A stretch of 64,000 nt of DNA from Vermamoeba vermiformis (Eukaryota): the NCBI GenBank assembly GCA_045837725.1, contig JBEWZL010000102.1, positions 1-64,000 on the forward strand, written 5' to 3'. Position 1 is the first letter of the stretch; the number at the start of each line of letters is the position of its first letter. Shown in pieces: positions 30,074 through 42,148 of this stretch. The notes beneath the pieces are model-generated. The model did no database searches and was not told where the DNA came from. It saw only the letters and a list, made by a program, of their open reading frames with translations. The position numbers and the translations under genes were made by a program.

Positions 30074-32856
30074 ATGCTCCGTCCAGTCATTATATTTACC
30101 ATACTTGTCCTACTAAGCTGGACCGATAACGCGCGGGCGGATCTGCTCGTACAAGCCGTTAATGGAACTCAATATAACATAACTTCTTTGCAAATAATAT
30201 ACCAAGGTACGTATTGTTATCATTATACTAGGATTATAGCGACATCCAACCCCTTTGGGGTGATTTCTGTTTGCGTGCAATTTCGAATTGACTTACTTAA
30301 AAAGCGCACAAAATAATACTCTAGAATCTCGACTTAATATTAATTTTATATAATATTACACGAGCTACTATTGATTACCGATGTAATTAATTTGTTCGGT
30401 AGCTTTTACCATAAATGGAACTAACCATGAAGTGTCAAACAGGCAACCCCACTCCGCCCATTGAAGACTCCATTACATCCGTCGTAACGGCCTCTATCGA
30501 TCAAGTTCAAGGCAAAATTTACATCATTCGATCCAGTTTACCGGTCGAAAAACAGATCACATCCGCGGAGCAAAATCACTACGGGAAAAAATTAGCCTAT
30601 TGCAAGAAGAAACTGCACACAGGAAAAAAAAGGGAAGAAGAAAACCACAACACGCAAAAAAGCGGGCGGAGGGAGCCGCGGCCCCCCCGCCGCGGGCCCC
30701 CCGCACCGCCCCGCCCCCACACCTGGCACAATGGAGAAGGACCCGACAGCCCCGACCCCAAGCCCCGAAAAGACACGCCCGAACCCCGCCCACAACGACC
30801 TGAAAGCCCGGACGGAACGAAGGGGAGGCGGGAGGGGCCAACCGACGGAGGGAGAACGCCCGGGGGGGAGCGAAGAAAGAGGCAAGAGAAAAGGAAAGTA
30901 GGGGGGAGGGGAGAATGTTTAGAGAAGATGTATTATGTTTTTATGAAATAAAGGATTAAGGAAGAATTTTTTTAGTTTAAAGTATATGAAAATTAAAAAA
31001 AAAAAATAAGGAGTAATGAGAAAAAATAATTGTTTAAGATATAAAATAAGAAAGGTTAATATAGTTATAATAATATATATATAGTTTATGTACCTATATC
31101 GAGAAATAAATTTCCAAGAAGATCTCAAATCCAGAGATAAAAAAATAGTAGTAAATAGAAAAATTTGCCTGCTGTAATATTTACATATATTAATATTAAA
31201 ATAATTATTAATTTAATTTTAGTAAGATCAAGTCGGATCCAGAAAATGATCTTGATTGATTGTCCCTCAAGGAGAATTAGTTCGCCCTTATTTAAGGTTG
31301 TCCGCTCCGCTGCATGACGTTGATGATGTTTTTGTTGTGAGTATTTTAAAGGCGGGAAAACGTTTTTTTCCCGTAGTGATGGAGCGGTTGCAGTTGTCGT
31401 TATTTCGCCGATTTATTGTAAGTACGCTCCTGTCGTACGGTATTGACTAATAATGGTATTACTAGTCGTCCCAGGCTATTTAATGTATCGCATGAACGAT
31501 AAAAAATTAGCGGCAAACATTTCAATCCCTGTGTTCGAAGTTCCCGTGGAAGATGGCAAGAAACTGTGGTCTATGGTTACTAGCAATCAAATTCTTGACA
31601 TTACCCTAATGCCCGATAGTACGTAATCGCGAATCGATTGAGACTTTTTTTTTGACAATTTACTCGTATTAACATTCAAAGCAAGCACGTGCACTAATAT
31701 AATGCTATTTTTAGAAATTGAGAACCCCTGGACAACAGTGTTCTCATCAGGAGCCATTATATTTAACTCAGGTAGGCAAAACGTTCCCGAGCCAAAACTA
31801 GATCTGAATTTTCCTTTTTTAGTATTTCTTTGCTTATTCGCGTTAGCGAATATTGGACTCGCTGTATGGAAATTAACTTTGTTCGTACGATTTTACGGAG
31901 GCTTCCGATCGTCCATGGCCTTGTACGTCCTGTCCATTGAGATCTTTTCAAACCTCAGTAAGTCGTTTTAGAGCGAGGTATTTAATAACTCTTTCTAACA
32001 TTGATCTTCTAGTCCGATTTGTCGCGTACATCGATAATCAAGGCACGTTTGGGCTCTATCCTGAATGGACTGTGCAAACACTGATGGAGCTCTGCTTCCC
32101 CTTCGCGATCTCGTCGTACATATTGTTCACATTGTACTGGCACGAGATGATGACCAACGCCACTGTTGTCGTGCATCCATTCATCACTAAGATGAAGATC
32201 CCGTTCTTCGTTCTTTCAGCCGTTCTCATTGCGCTCCAAGTGATTAGATCTATAATTAGAAATGCAACGACACTCGAGTTCAACTTCAATATTGTGACAG
32301 GTAAATCATATATACACTGGTCTCTGATATAACATGCAATGACTAATAATTATCTTATTGTAGCCGCTGTGTATCTAGCCGTGTTGGTCGGTCTGATCAT
32401 TTTCTACGCGGTGACAGGTGTCAAAGTATTGAAGAGGCTGCACATGAGCAAACATCTCGGCCGAACTGTTCAACTCACTAGAGTACGTGAAAGCACTTGG
32501 TATGCATTGTCGATCTAATTACCGTTGTACTAGACCACGCGAAGAATTCTCATTGGCGGTGCATTCTTGTTGCTTTTTATCATTATGGCGATTCTATTCG
32601 TGATCGGTGTTCCTTATAGACCAGTCGGTATGTCACCTTTGTTGCATTTAAAATTAATTTGTAATCTCATGTTGCTTTTAAAGCTCTGCCTATCGTGTGG
32701 TCAATTTTCATGTGGATCTTCGACTGTGCTTCAGTGATGAATATTCTTGCCTTCGAAGTGCCCATAAGTCACTCATCGAGGTCCGCTTCAACCTCATTAA
32801 AGCGTAACAGCGCGACTAACAACACGGGTTCGGAGACTGCATCCACCAATGTTTAA
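30074..32856 (+). CDS. Signal peptide + PA-like ectodomain + seven-TM protein (receptor-like); middle obscured by poor sequence
   Basis: Signal MLRPVIIFTILVLLSWTDNARA; PA-like segments GKIYIIRSSLPVEKQITSAEQ and ISIPVFEVPVEDGKKL; then ENPW and seven hydrophobic helices over exons 31716-32760; Ser/Thr-rich tail. Confidence 0.72.
30590..31200. other. Compositionally aberrant stretch (GC/purine-rich, then very AT-rich), likely low-quality sequence
   Basis: Homopolymer-rich with strong strand asymmetry; interrupts an otherwise normal gene; no TIR or TSD seen. Confidence 0.65.
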
Positions 32857-33642
32857 CCGAAAATCGGCCGAAAATTTGTAAATATATGAATAAATGCCAA
32901 AAGTAAACAACAAGTCATATCAACATTACGTACCTAAGGCAAAGGAAGGAAGTTCCTAGGGCATACAGCAATGCTTGAAATACTTTTCTTTGTGCACAGT
33001 AAATTCAGAACTGAATATGATATTGAATTAAAACAATTCTTTGGTAAGTTAACTATATAGATATAAACGTTTTTCTATTGGCTGCAAGCTGAATTGTTGA
33101 TTTTCGAAAATTAAAAATAAAATTATCGGCGAACTCCATGCAATATCGAACAATTATATCATCATTCCTTAGTATACATGAATTATTATCTCTATTAAAA
33201 ATTAAATAATTAATTGAAGCTAAACTTAGTTGTAACCAGCTGATCAAAAATATTACTTGACTACAACTATTGCAGCAGAATAGATTAGCCAGCCTCAATG
33301 CACGAATCATAATACAAGTGATAGGGAATAAGTGAAATTGCTGGCGCGAGCTATTTCCCACGCGTGCAATTCGCTGACAGATTCGAGACGTGTAAACGTC
33401 GGCAAGTCCCATACGAATCGACTTGTTTACGTTATTTTACGAGAGAATACATCTATTAGTCACGCGTCATAATTAAGTCACTGGATTCCCAAACCGTTCG
33501 GCTCTAAAAATGAGGTGGGTTGGTGACTTCGCTATTTTAGGCCACCACAAAGATTCTCGTTGGCGGCAGATTTTTATTGCTATTCACCCTAATGGCCGTG
33601 CTTTTCATCACCGAGATACAATTTGGTAACCTCTGGGCGGCT

Positions 33643-35435
33643 CTAAAGCTGACCAAGGCAGTTGGTCTTTGCATTCCATATCGGCATCGCGACCAACATA
33701 ATGAAGAACCACCACTGGACGGACAACGACCAGTTGATCCATTGCTTCATGCCCGCCGAGCGCGCGAACAAATCAGGTGCGACAGACTTGCAGCAACGGA
33801 GAAATGCAAATCTGGCGCATCCAAAGGTGAAGAACGTGAAGCAGACGTGAATCAAGTAGGCTTTGAGATTGAAGTAGGAGTAGGCCGACTGCCAAGGAGT
33901 GCCGAGTATGAACAAGAGGATGTAGACAACTGAACCAATTGTGCAGATTACACGTGGCCGAACGAGTCTTAAAAACTTGTGCAAGAGTGCGAGTTCCATG
34001 TGCAGCGGTAGTGGGAAGATCAAGAAGACGTTCATCAACCACCAGCCATAGCTCGGCACTAACAGACCAAGTGCAGCACCCACTGACATTAGCGCGAACA
34101 TCCACAGTGCAGGATCTTGTGAGCGTGGGTGGTCCAACATTGTTATCACTAATCTTTGTAGGAGATAACCGCCATATGTGGCCACCTTATCTAGGAAGGA
34201 CCGACTACTGAAGGGCTCGGCGTATTGTTGGCAATCAAGAGTTATCTGGCGATGCCTGCCAATGAGCCAATCTTGGACCTGATGATAGAGCAAACAGCAA
34301 CCCACTACAACGACCACACAGCCAATAAGTTGATACACTATATGTTCCACTCGAGCTATGTAAGTTATTTGTTAGTAATTATCCCTAACTCGCCTATCTA
34401 CTTACACAAAGAGAGCAATTTAGTCCGATCCACCAGCCGAACTTGATGTACGATACAAGGTTGATTCCTCGCAAAAAATCCGCCATTAGTGATGAGATCG
34501 TAGGTACAGCCTGCTCTAAATATGCCTTCGAGAGGATAGTAAGCGAGATCTAAGCGTCGATCGGCTCTCTTGCTGATCACGATTTGGTGTGGACCCAGCC
34601 AACCATCCACAACGTTAAACCTCCACTTCGTAGGGGTATTTATATGCGCTATAGCTCGTATTCGAAGTGCTAACCTAAAAGGAAAAACATTTGGAAAAGT
34701 GGGCTAGTATTTGAGCTCAGTAGGTACGTACCTCTCATCCGCTACAAACGCAGGAAGAAGCGGAAAAAAGGAAGCATAGTCCTTGAACTCATATATTCTC
34801 CAACGTTGCGCGTCTTCAATAAGCCATCTTTTTGGATAGTTCGCCTGCAGATCAAGAAAATTAAGGTCAAATCTGGAACTCGATCTTGCCAGTTGGTAAA
34901 CTCAATGACATACTGGATATGTTCGATGTACTAGCCACTCATCATTGACTGCTTGTCCAATCGTTAATTCGAGTCCGAGTGCGGTTGCTTTCAAAGACGA
35001 AAGCCTGCGTAGCGGATCATCAGTAAGAACGTAATCAGTTTCTAAATTAGACCTTACGTTTGCTCGATAATGGCCTCCTTCATGTTCTTCGAACTAATGA
35101 AATAGTTCCAATACTTGCTGACGCCTACACAAGTTGAGATCGCTTTCGCATCCAACAATGAGAAAATTGTTTCGAGTATTTCCTGAGAATAATTATATTA
35201 AAAATCATCTGTATAATTTTCAAGCATTCGATATTTCCAATTAACTAATTATTTAATTTCAAATAAAGGAACTTACTTTTGGCAACTGATCCAGAGGCGC
35301 GTTTGAAGGCAATGACGAACATGTTACCTTGGCGAAGGAAGAATGCTGAACATGAGCACGATTAATGCGTCTTCTATGCGAAAAGAAGAGCAGAAAGCTG
35401 CAGATAACCAATGAAACCAATACGGGCAGTAGCAT
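33643..35435 (-). CDS. N-terminal TM + F-box + polytopic membrane domain protein, paralogue A
   Basis: MLLPVLVSLVICSFLLFF..; F-box PLDQLPK|EILETIFSLLDAKAISTCVGVSKYWNYFI; ANYPKRWLIEDAQRWRIYEFK; multi-TM last exon (ORF 33643..34350). Confidence 0.8.
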
Positions 35436-35782
35436 TGCCAGATCGTCGACGAGTCGTAAGTAGAGTTGTTGAAGCTTTGTTGTTGAATTTAAACAAGTTA
35501 AATTAACACTAGGATAGCGTACTGTGGTACACGTACTGACAAACTAAAACAATCTAAATATAGAGCCGAATTATTTTTTCGTTGCCAGTACGCGCTAATC
35601 AGCTCCTTCCGCAAGAGTTTCAGGAGCCTCGTCAATTGTTGCATCTGTTACCATTGCTGCTGGCTTAGTAATATTCGCGTAGATTTGGTTAATACAAATA
35701 GATCTCGCGAGGAGATGCTTATCAAAACGAAGTTTATTTGATCGCGACAAATGGTCAACACATGAGACAAGTTTGTCATGCG

Positions 35783-37660
35783 TCATCCAAATACGAACAT
35801 ATCAAGACAATTAATATATGGAAGTACCAATGGTAATATAAGCATGAAAGAGAACCAGAACTTGACGGGCAATGACCAATTAATCCATTTCTTCATCGTT
35901 CGTGATGTCGCGTATATACTCGGAGCCATTATTCTGCAAGCAACGACGTACACCATTCTAGCGTAGCCAAATGTGAAGAAGACAAAGCAGGTGTGAATCA
36001 GGAGCGACGTGATGTTGATGCCAAAGTAGAGCAGCGAAGCAGTACATAGGAAGAGAATAGGACTGAGCGTGGTTAGTACGGCCAAATTCGCAAATTTACG
36101 GCGTCTAGCGTCTCTGTAGAGTGCACGGAACCAAGTTGATTCGTGTGGAAAGCAATAAAAGCTCAGTGCCGCGCCGATCCACCACTCGTAAGTTGGGAAG
36201 TAGAATACTAAACCGAAGAATAGGCCAAGAGTTAATGTTAACCACAATCCAAGTTTGTACTTCCTATTAGGCACATCGCTCATGAACTGCATGTAATGCG
36301 CTACTGTTGAGATGTTCTTGAGTAGCACGTATAAGGTGAGAAATAGGACAACATTTACAACGGTAGAGCTTGTGGAGTTTCGTGAGCAAAACGGGTACCT
36401 GTCTGGCGGCACGAGTGGCGTTGTTGTGGCTCGCGTGGATAAAATAAAATTGGCGAGAATGACCGACCAAATCACGTCGCAGAACAACATTGCACCGTAC
36501 ATCCAACAAAGAGCGCGCAATAGTTGGGCTCGAAGAGGCAGTCTATCTATAATAGGACGTGCCCTTAGTGAAGGTGCATCATAAAATTGTGGATAACTTA
36601 CTATAGAGTCGATTGCTAGGTCCATCAAGTGGTCGGATGACATGGATCAAAGGTTGGTTCTGACCATAACTGAAGAATACCGGTTTATCGCTAATGATGT
36701 CATACTTCTTATCGACTTCGAATTCATCTTCATCCACCGGAAAATAAGCCCATTCGCTAGATCTGGATGGAAATTTACGGATCGTAAGCTTCCGAAAACC
36801 AAAATCCCGATTTTCCATTTCGAAGCGCCAAAATTTAGCATTTTGTCCAGTGGCTTTTACTCTTATTCGAGAAGCCAATCTATATATAATGTTTTTAGTT
36901 TCAGTCCACGAAGGATGGAATTGTTAGTTCCTACCTCGGATCTTGTGCAAAGTGTGTATGCATTTGATTCGCTCCGATAATATATTTGAAACTATATATT
37001 TGCCATCGTCGACAATCTTGAACGATCCATCGCTTCGGATAGCTCGCCTTAAACAAAACTTTAAGATCTCTTGCAACAAATTAGAATTGGACAAAACGTA
37101 CCGGAAATTCGAGCTCCTCGAGTATAATATCCGGTGCCATACCACCAGTTATTTGGTTAAGAGTTGCGTAGTTCGTCTTTAGGGATGCGATCCTTACGTA
37201 CGTGGGTCAGTTATCGGTAGAAAACCTGCAACTACTTACTCTCGATCATATATCTCATCTTGTAGCTTCCTCTCACTAATTACAAAGTTCCAGTACTTGC
37301 TTACTTTAACACAATGCGAAATGGCTCGTGCATCCACAAACTGAAAAATAGTTTGCAACATTTCCTGAAAATAATTTATTAGCCTAGCTATATTTTGCAT
37401 AGCGATGTTCGATAAAATTCTAAATTGAAATAATTATTTGACATTTTATTTTTTATTACCTTTGGCAACTGATCCAAAGCCGCATTTGAACGAATAGGAG
37501 TCTTAGCATATAGAGGATTTTGTAGCCTCTTTTCTTTCAATTTACGCTTTAGAAATAATAATCCATAGATGGCTCCAACCGAGATGAGAAAGGCAGTCAA
37601 GAAGATCGGTCGCAGCTTTAAAATCGTAAGCAAGAAAGGTAAATAATCTAGTACTATCAT
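35783..37660 (-). CDS. N-terminal TM + F-box + polytopic membrane domain protein, paralogue B
   Basis: TM PIFLTAFLISVGAIYGLLFL; F-box ALDQLPK|EMLQTIFQFVDARAISHCVKVSKYWNFVI; ASYPKRWIVQDCRRWQIYSFK; last exon has about 7 hydrophobic segments and shares LIHxCFxFFTFG and MKxWINWSL with paralogue A. Confidence 0.8.
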
Positions 37661-37970
37661 ACTGCGTTTGACATTAAAAATATAACTAAATGTAAGTGTC
37701 TCGTTTTTGTCCAAAGCCCACGTCATTCCTTGCTCGGTCTAGCAAAATGATTATCTTTATTTAAGCAAGAATGTATTCATTGCGATGATACCATTAGCAT
37801 TATATACAAGTTACAGTTGTCAATGTTTTGTAGCGTTGCCGGGATTCTACAGCAGATTCTTTTCACTGAAAGCACGTGTAGCGACCCCAAGATTCGGTTT
37901 AAGAAATGTGACCTATTTATTAATATTTATCAATTTTACGGAAAGCAACAACGCTACTTTATCTCACGAA

Positions 37971-40635
37971 ATGACTTCAGGCGATAAAATAGTGGCGAGA
38001 TCGAACTCGATCGGAATTGCTCTCGTTCTTGCCAGCATCATTTCCTGCTGTTTTGCGGCACTTCCGTACACCGGAGTCAATTTGAGCGGCGCTGAATGGA
38101 GTGAGTAATCTATATTTGCTATAGGAACTGATCTAACTCGAGATCAAAAATTCTGTTAACTAAAAACACCTTCAAAAAATTACTTTTATCACTATTTTCA
38201 TCATTATAACTTGCCTCCGTAATATTATGATATTTCTTTACCACTAATACTATGATTTGATTTTAAAGAGAGGAAACAGCAATTACAACGAAGTTTTTAC
38301 TGACCAATTTCGCCTTATTCGCTTATTAATAAGATCGTTTTATTTAGCATCTGGTCCTTACTGGCCTACTACTCAAGAGATTGATTTCTTCGCGTCTCGT
38401 GGAATGAACACGATCCGACTTCCTTTCTCGTGGGAGAACATCCAGCCAACTGCTTCCAGTAACTTCGATGCAACTACGTGGGGTCGATATACTACTCTAG
38501 TCGATTATATTACCAAGACTAAGGGTCTTTATGCAATTATCGATGTTCACAAGTAAGATCCAGATAATGCCTCGCAAAATTATTGTTAGTAACCGCTTCA
38601 TAATTAGCTACGCACGTTATAACAATCAAATTGTTGGCCAAGATGTATCATTGAACGTATTGCTCGATCTTTGGACTCGTCTCGCTAATTACTACAGAAC
38701 AAACGACAAAGTGGTAAGTTGTTTTCAGAATCCGCCTTCCTAATTCGAAACTTGTTAATATAATCATGATAGATCTTCGGCATGATGAACGAGCCTAATA
38801 CGATGTCGACAGCGTAAGTAGAATTCCAATTTAGATACGCGTTACTGTCAAGTTTTGATACTTTACAGACTGTGGGCAAACAATGCAAACTCGACCGTTA
38901 AAGCTATCCGAGATACTGGTGCTACGAATATCATCTTGGTGCCTGGTAACCAATACCTATATTATCATATCGGACGAACAGAAATTAATCCGTTTCGAAT
39001 TACCTTTTATAGGCAACGGATGGACCGGAGCTTGGACGTGGAACGCTACTTGGCCCGATTCATTAGGTCAAACATCCAATGCTGAAGCGATGTTAATTGT
39101 CGTGGATCCACTCGACAAAATGATCTTTGAGTTCCATCAATACTTCGGTACGGTGTCACGTGACCTTTTGAAACCAAATCAAGTAATTACTAATTATTAT
39201 AGATGCGGATTCGAGTGGTACTAAACCTCCATGCGGTGCTCGTCCTCTTGGTAAGCAAAATCAGATCTGATTTGAAAAAATTGACACGTGTCATGGTAGC
39301 TGTTCCGAGAGTTTCAGTCGCCACTGATTGGTTGAAGAAGTACAACAAGAAAGGTTTCTTGGGAGAACTCGGCGGCTCTGATCAACAGAACTGTCTTGAT
39401 GCTATTAACGATGCGTTGACTCATTTGGAGGCTAACAGCGATGTCTGGTACGACATTACTGATTTTGACACTTTGACACGTGTCACACCAAATCGATAAC
39501 GAATAAGGAAATTCTAATTCAATCATGTCTTATAGGATGGGTTGGACTTATTGGTCAGGCGGTCCTCGTACGAGCACGGCATTTTTAGCGATCGGTCCTC
39601 TCGGTTATCCTCCAATTCAAAACGCGCAGTTGGACACGTTGTTGAACTACGTGACTAACCCTATTGTCAGTTTTGTCTATCCTAACATATGTAAGGCCCC
39701 AATGAGACTATTCTTAATCGGTTTCTAATACATTTTGCAGCTGCCTCTTCGTGCAACAACTCGCCGGATCTGATCATTTACGATGACGCCTTGCAAAACG
39801 GTTGGGCAGATTAGTACGTTATTATCTTTGCAAATGTTTTAATCGTTCATGAACGACATTTTCACTGAAATCCGTTTAATTTTAGTGGCTGGGCTGCTTC
39901 ACGAACATTCACAAGTAACCAAGCCTCAACGGGCACTTACGCGATCAGCTTCAACTCTGCGCAAAATTTTGAAGGTCTTTCATTGGCCAACGCGGCAAAA
40001 TTCTCGTTCACGAATTACAATGCCATCCAATTTGACGTCAAAGGAGCAACAGCGGATGTGAGCTACGAGATTTTCTTGAATGACGGACAGACCTCCCCCG
40101 GCAGATCTCAAGCGTTGAGAGGCTACACCCCGTCACATTCAATCACGACGAGCTATCAAACTGCTGTTGTGCCCTTCTCGGTCTTTCATCTCGATAATTC
40201 TCAGCAATTTGTGTCCATTACGTGGCAAAGCGTAAGTAACCAAAAATTGACTATTGCGATGTGGTACTTATCATGTGTTATATTAGGCTGAAAATACTCA
40301 AGATACGCTTTTTTTGGACAACATTAAGCTCGTCTGCAGGGACATCAGTAAGATCTGGATCGAGATTGAAATTGATTTGCATTACTAATCATTATTAAAT
40401 ATAGCCGGTGGTGTTGTCTCTGGTTCTAGTAGCAGTTCTACTCCTAACACCGGTGGCAACGGTTCGTTATCAGATCCGTTACAAAAAATTTGTTCTTTTA
40501 GAATTAATTATTCGTGGTTATTATTTAGGCCCTTCAAGCACCAATTCTCCTTCGAGAGTTTCAAGCGCTTCGTTGTCTCTCATTAGCTCTTTCGTCGTTC
40601 TCATTGCTGCTTCTGTAACAGCTCTATTGTTGTAA
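37971..40635 (+). CDS. GH5 endoglucanase with CBM-like domain and GPI-type tail; copy 2
   Basis: GVNLSGAEW, MNTIRLPFSWE, IFGMMNEP, FEFHQYF, GFLGELG, GWTYWSGG; intron positions largely match copy 1; tail SSASLSLISSFVVLIAASVTALLL*. Confidence 0.9.
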
Positions 40636-40985
40636 CCGCAATGCTATAAATTGTTGCTAGAGAATTGCAGTCAAGGACGCGCCTTCTATTAATCTCTTAA
40701 TGATCGATAGAGCGCCTTCTATTTTTAATTAGCAACTTCCACGACCAAAAGATTTGGTTCATTAATGCTTTTGTCCCAATCGGCTGGCATAATGCTGATA
40801 ATGTGATTAGAAATAAAATAACGTTATGATCAATTCATTAAGCATTTTGATTGACTTCAGGGTCCACCCGTGAGATTTCGTACCGGCGGTTCATGAAGGA
40901 AATTCGGAGCTCTATTCACCCAAGGCACAACCTTTTGCACGAACACAACAAATAGTCGGATCATTGCATATCAAGCCCACTAAAT

Positions 40986-42058
40986 ATGTCTTCCACAAGT
41001 ACAACTGTTCGTACTGAGGTAATTCAGCAGTTGCCGATAATTCACAATCAGGAATTCAATTCCGTCCAATAATTTTTAAAAATTACCAAATAATTATTTT
41101 TGACCTATTTAATATTAATCAATGCTATTCTAAAGAGAAACAAAGAGCAAGCAGTCCCAAACAAAAAACCGTTGCATCCGACCTTTCTTGCTTTCGCCCG
41201 CGCAGGATTCTCCTCATTAGTAGGCAAAGTATTTAGTGCTCCTTTGCACTTACTTTCTGTCGTTTCGAAAGTGGATCAAGAGCTCGTAAGACAAAATCGG
41301 TTGGATCGACCTTACTCTGGACCCATCGACGCAGCTACTCGTATCTTTAAGGCTGAAGGCGTTTTAGGATTATGGAGAGGCTTTGCTCTTAATATTCCGG
41401 GATATTACATCGTTCCCGCGTTAAATCTGGTATCCAAAAACTACGTAACGCGAACACTCTTCAAACACAGTTCTAAGGACCCCTATTGGATTCAATTTAC
41501 GAAAGGCCTATTCTCTGGAGTCGTCAGTGGTGCACTTTCATTGGCGCTGGTGCATCCGTTCAGGATCACATCCTTCAAGTACTTAACGGATGTGCCTTCC
41601 GAGAACGGTCGAAAATATAGTGGAATACTAGCTATTTGGCAAGGATATATTTACTACAGATGGAGTTCTTGGCTTTTTTACTGGATTTGGTACACAAATT
41701 TTGGCTCTATTTTTGTATCGTTTATTTTACTTTGGCGCCTATGATTTATACAGAACTTTAATACGAAAGCCTAAGAGTGCCACTGAAGGCTTTTGGCTCG
41801 GTTGGTTCAGCACTGTCATTGGAATGGCTGTTTCTTATCCTTTCGCGGTCATTCAAGATCGACTGATGATTACAGCTGGTAGTAATAAGAAGTACAGTTC
41901 TATGACGCAAATGGTCGGCGAGATCTGGCAACAACGAAGGAATTTTTGGATTTTGGCGTGGTTTTGCTATTTCATTTGCTACTAGCTCTGGTCTTGGTGC
42001 TGCTCGTGCTTTATACGATTATGCTGTTAAAAATCTTGTATGGAAGCCCAACCCTTAA
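40986..42058 (+). CDS. Divergent ADP/ATP translocase-like mitochondrial carrier; two apparent +1 frameshifts (pseudogene or sequencing error)
   Basis: RLDRPYSGPIDAATRIFKAEGVLGLWRG, SGVVSGALSLALVHPF, YRLFYFGAYD, SYPFAVIQDRLMITAG. The frame is restored by removing one base near 41640 and one near 41928. Confidence 0.8.
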
Positions 42059-42148
42059 ATCTACAAAAAAAGCTAGATCCGGATCAAACTGAAAGATTCT
42101 TGTTTAACTATTATTATAGCACAATTATTTTACTATGTATTTACAACT

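Noticed and set aside
30557-30951. Pro/Arg/Gly-rich ORFs on both strands, as a possible inserted GC-rich element
   Set aside because: Homopolymer-laden, strand-skewed sequence with no termini or domain motifs; looks like degraded read ends inside the PA-7TM gene.
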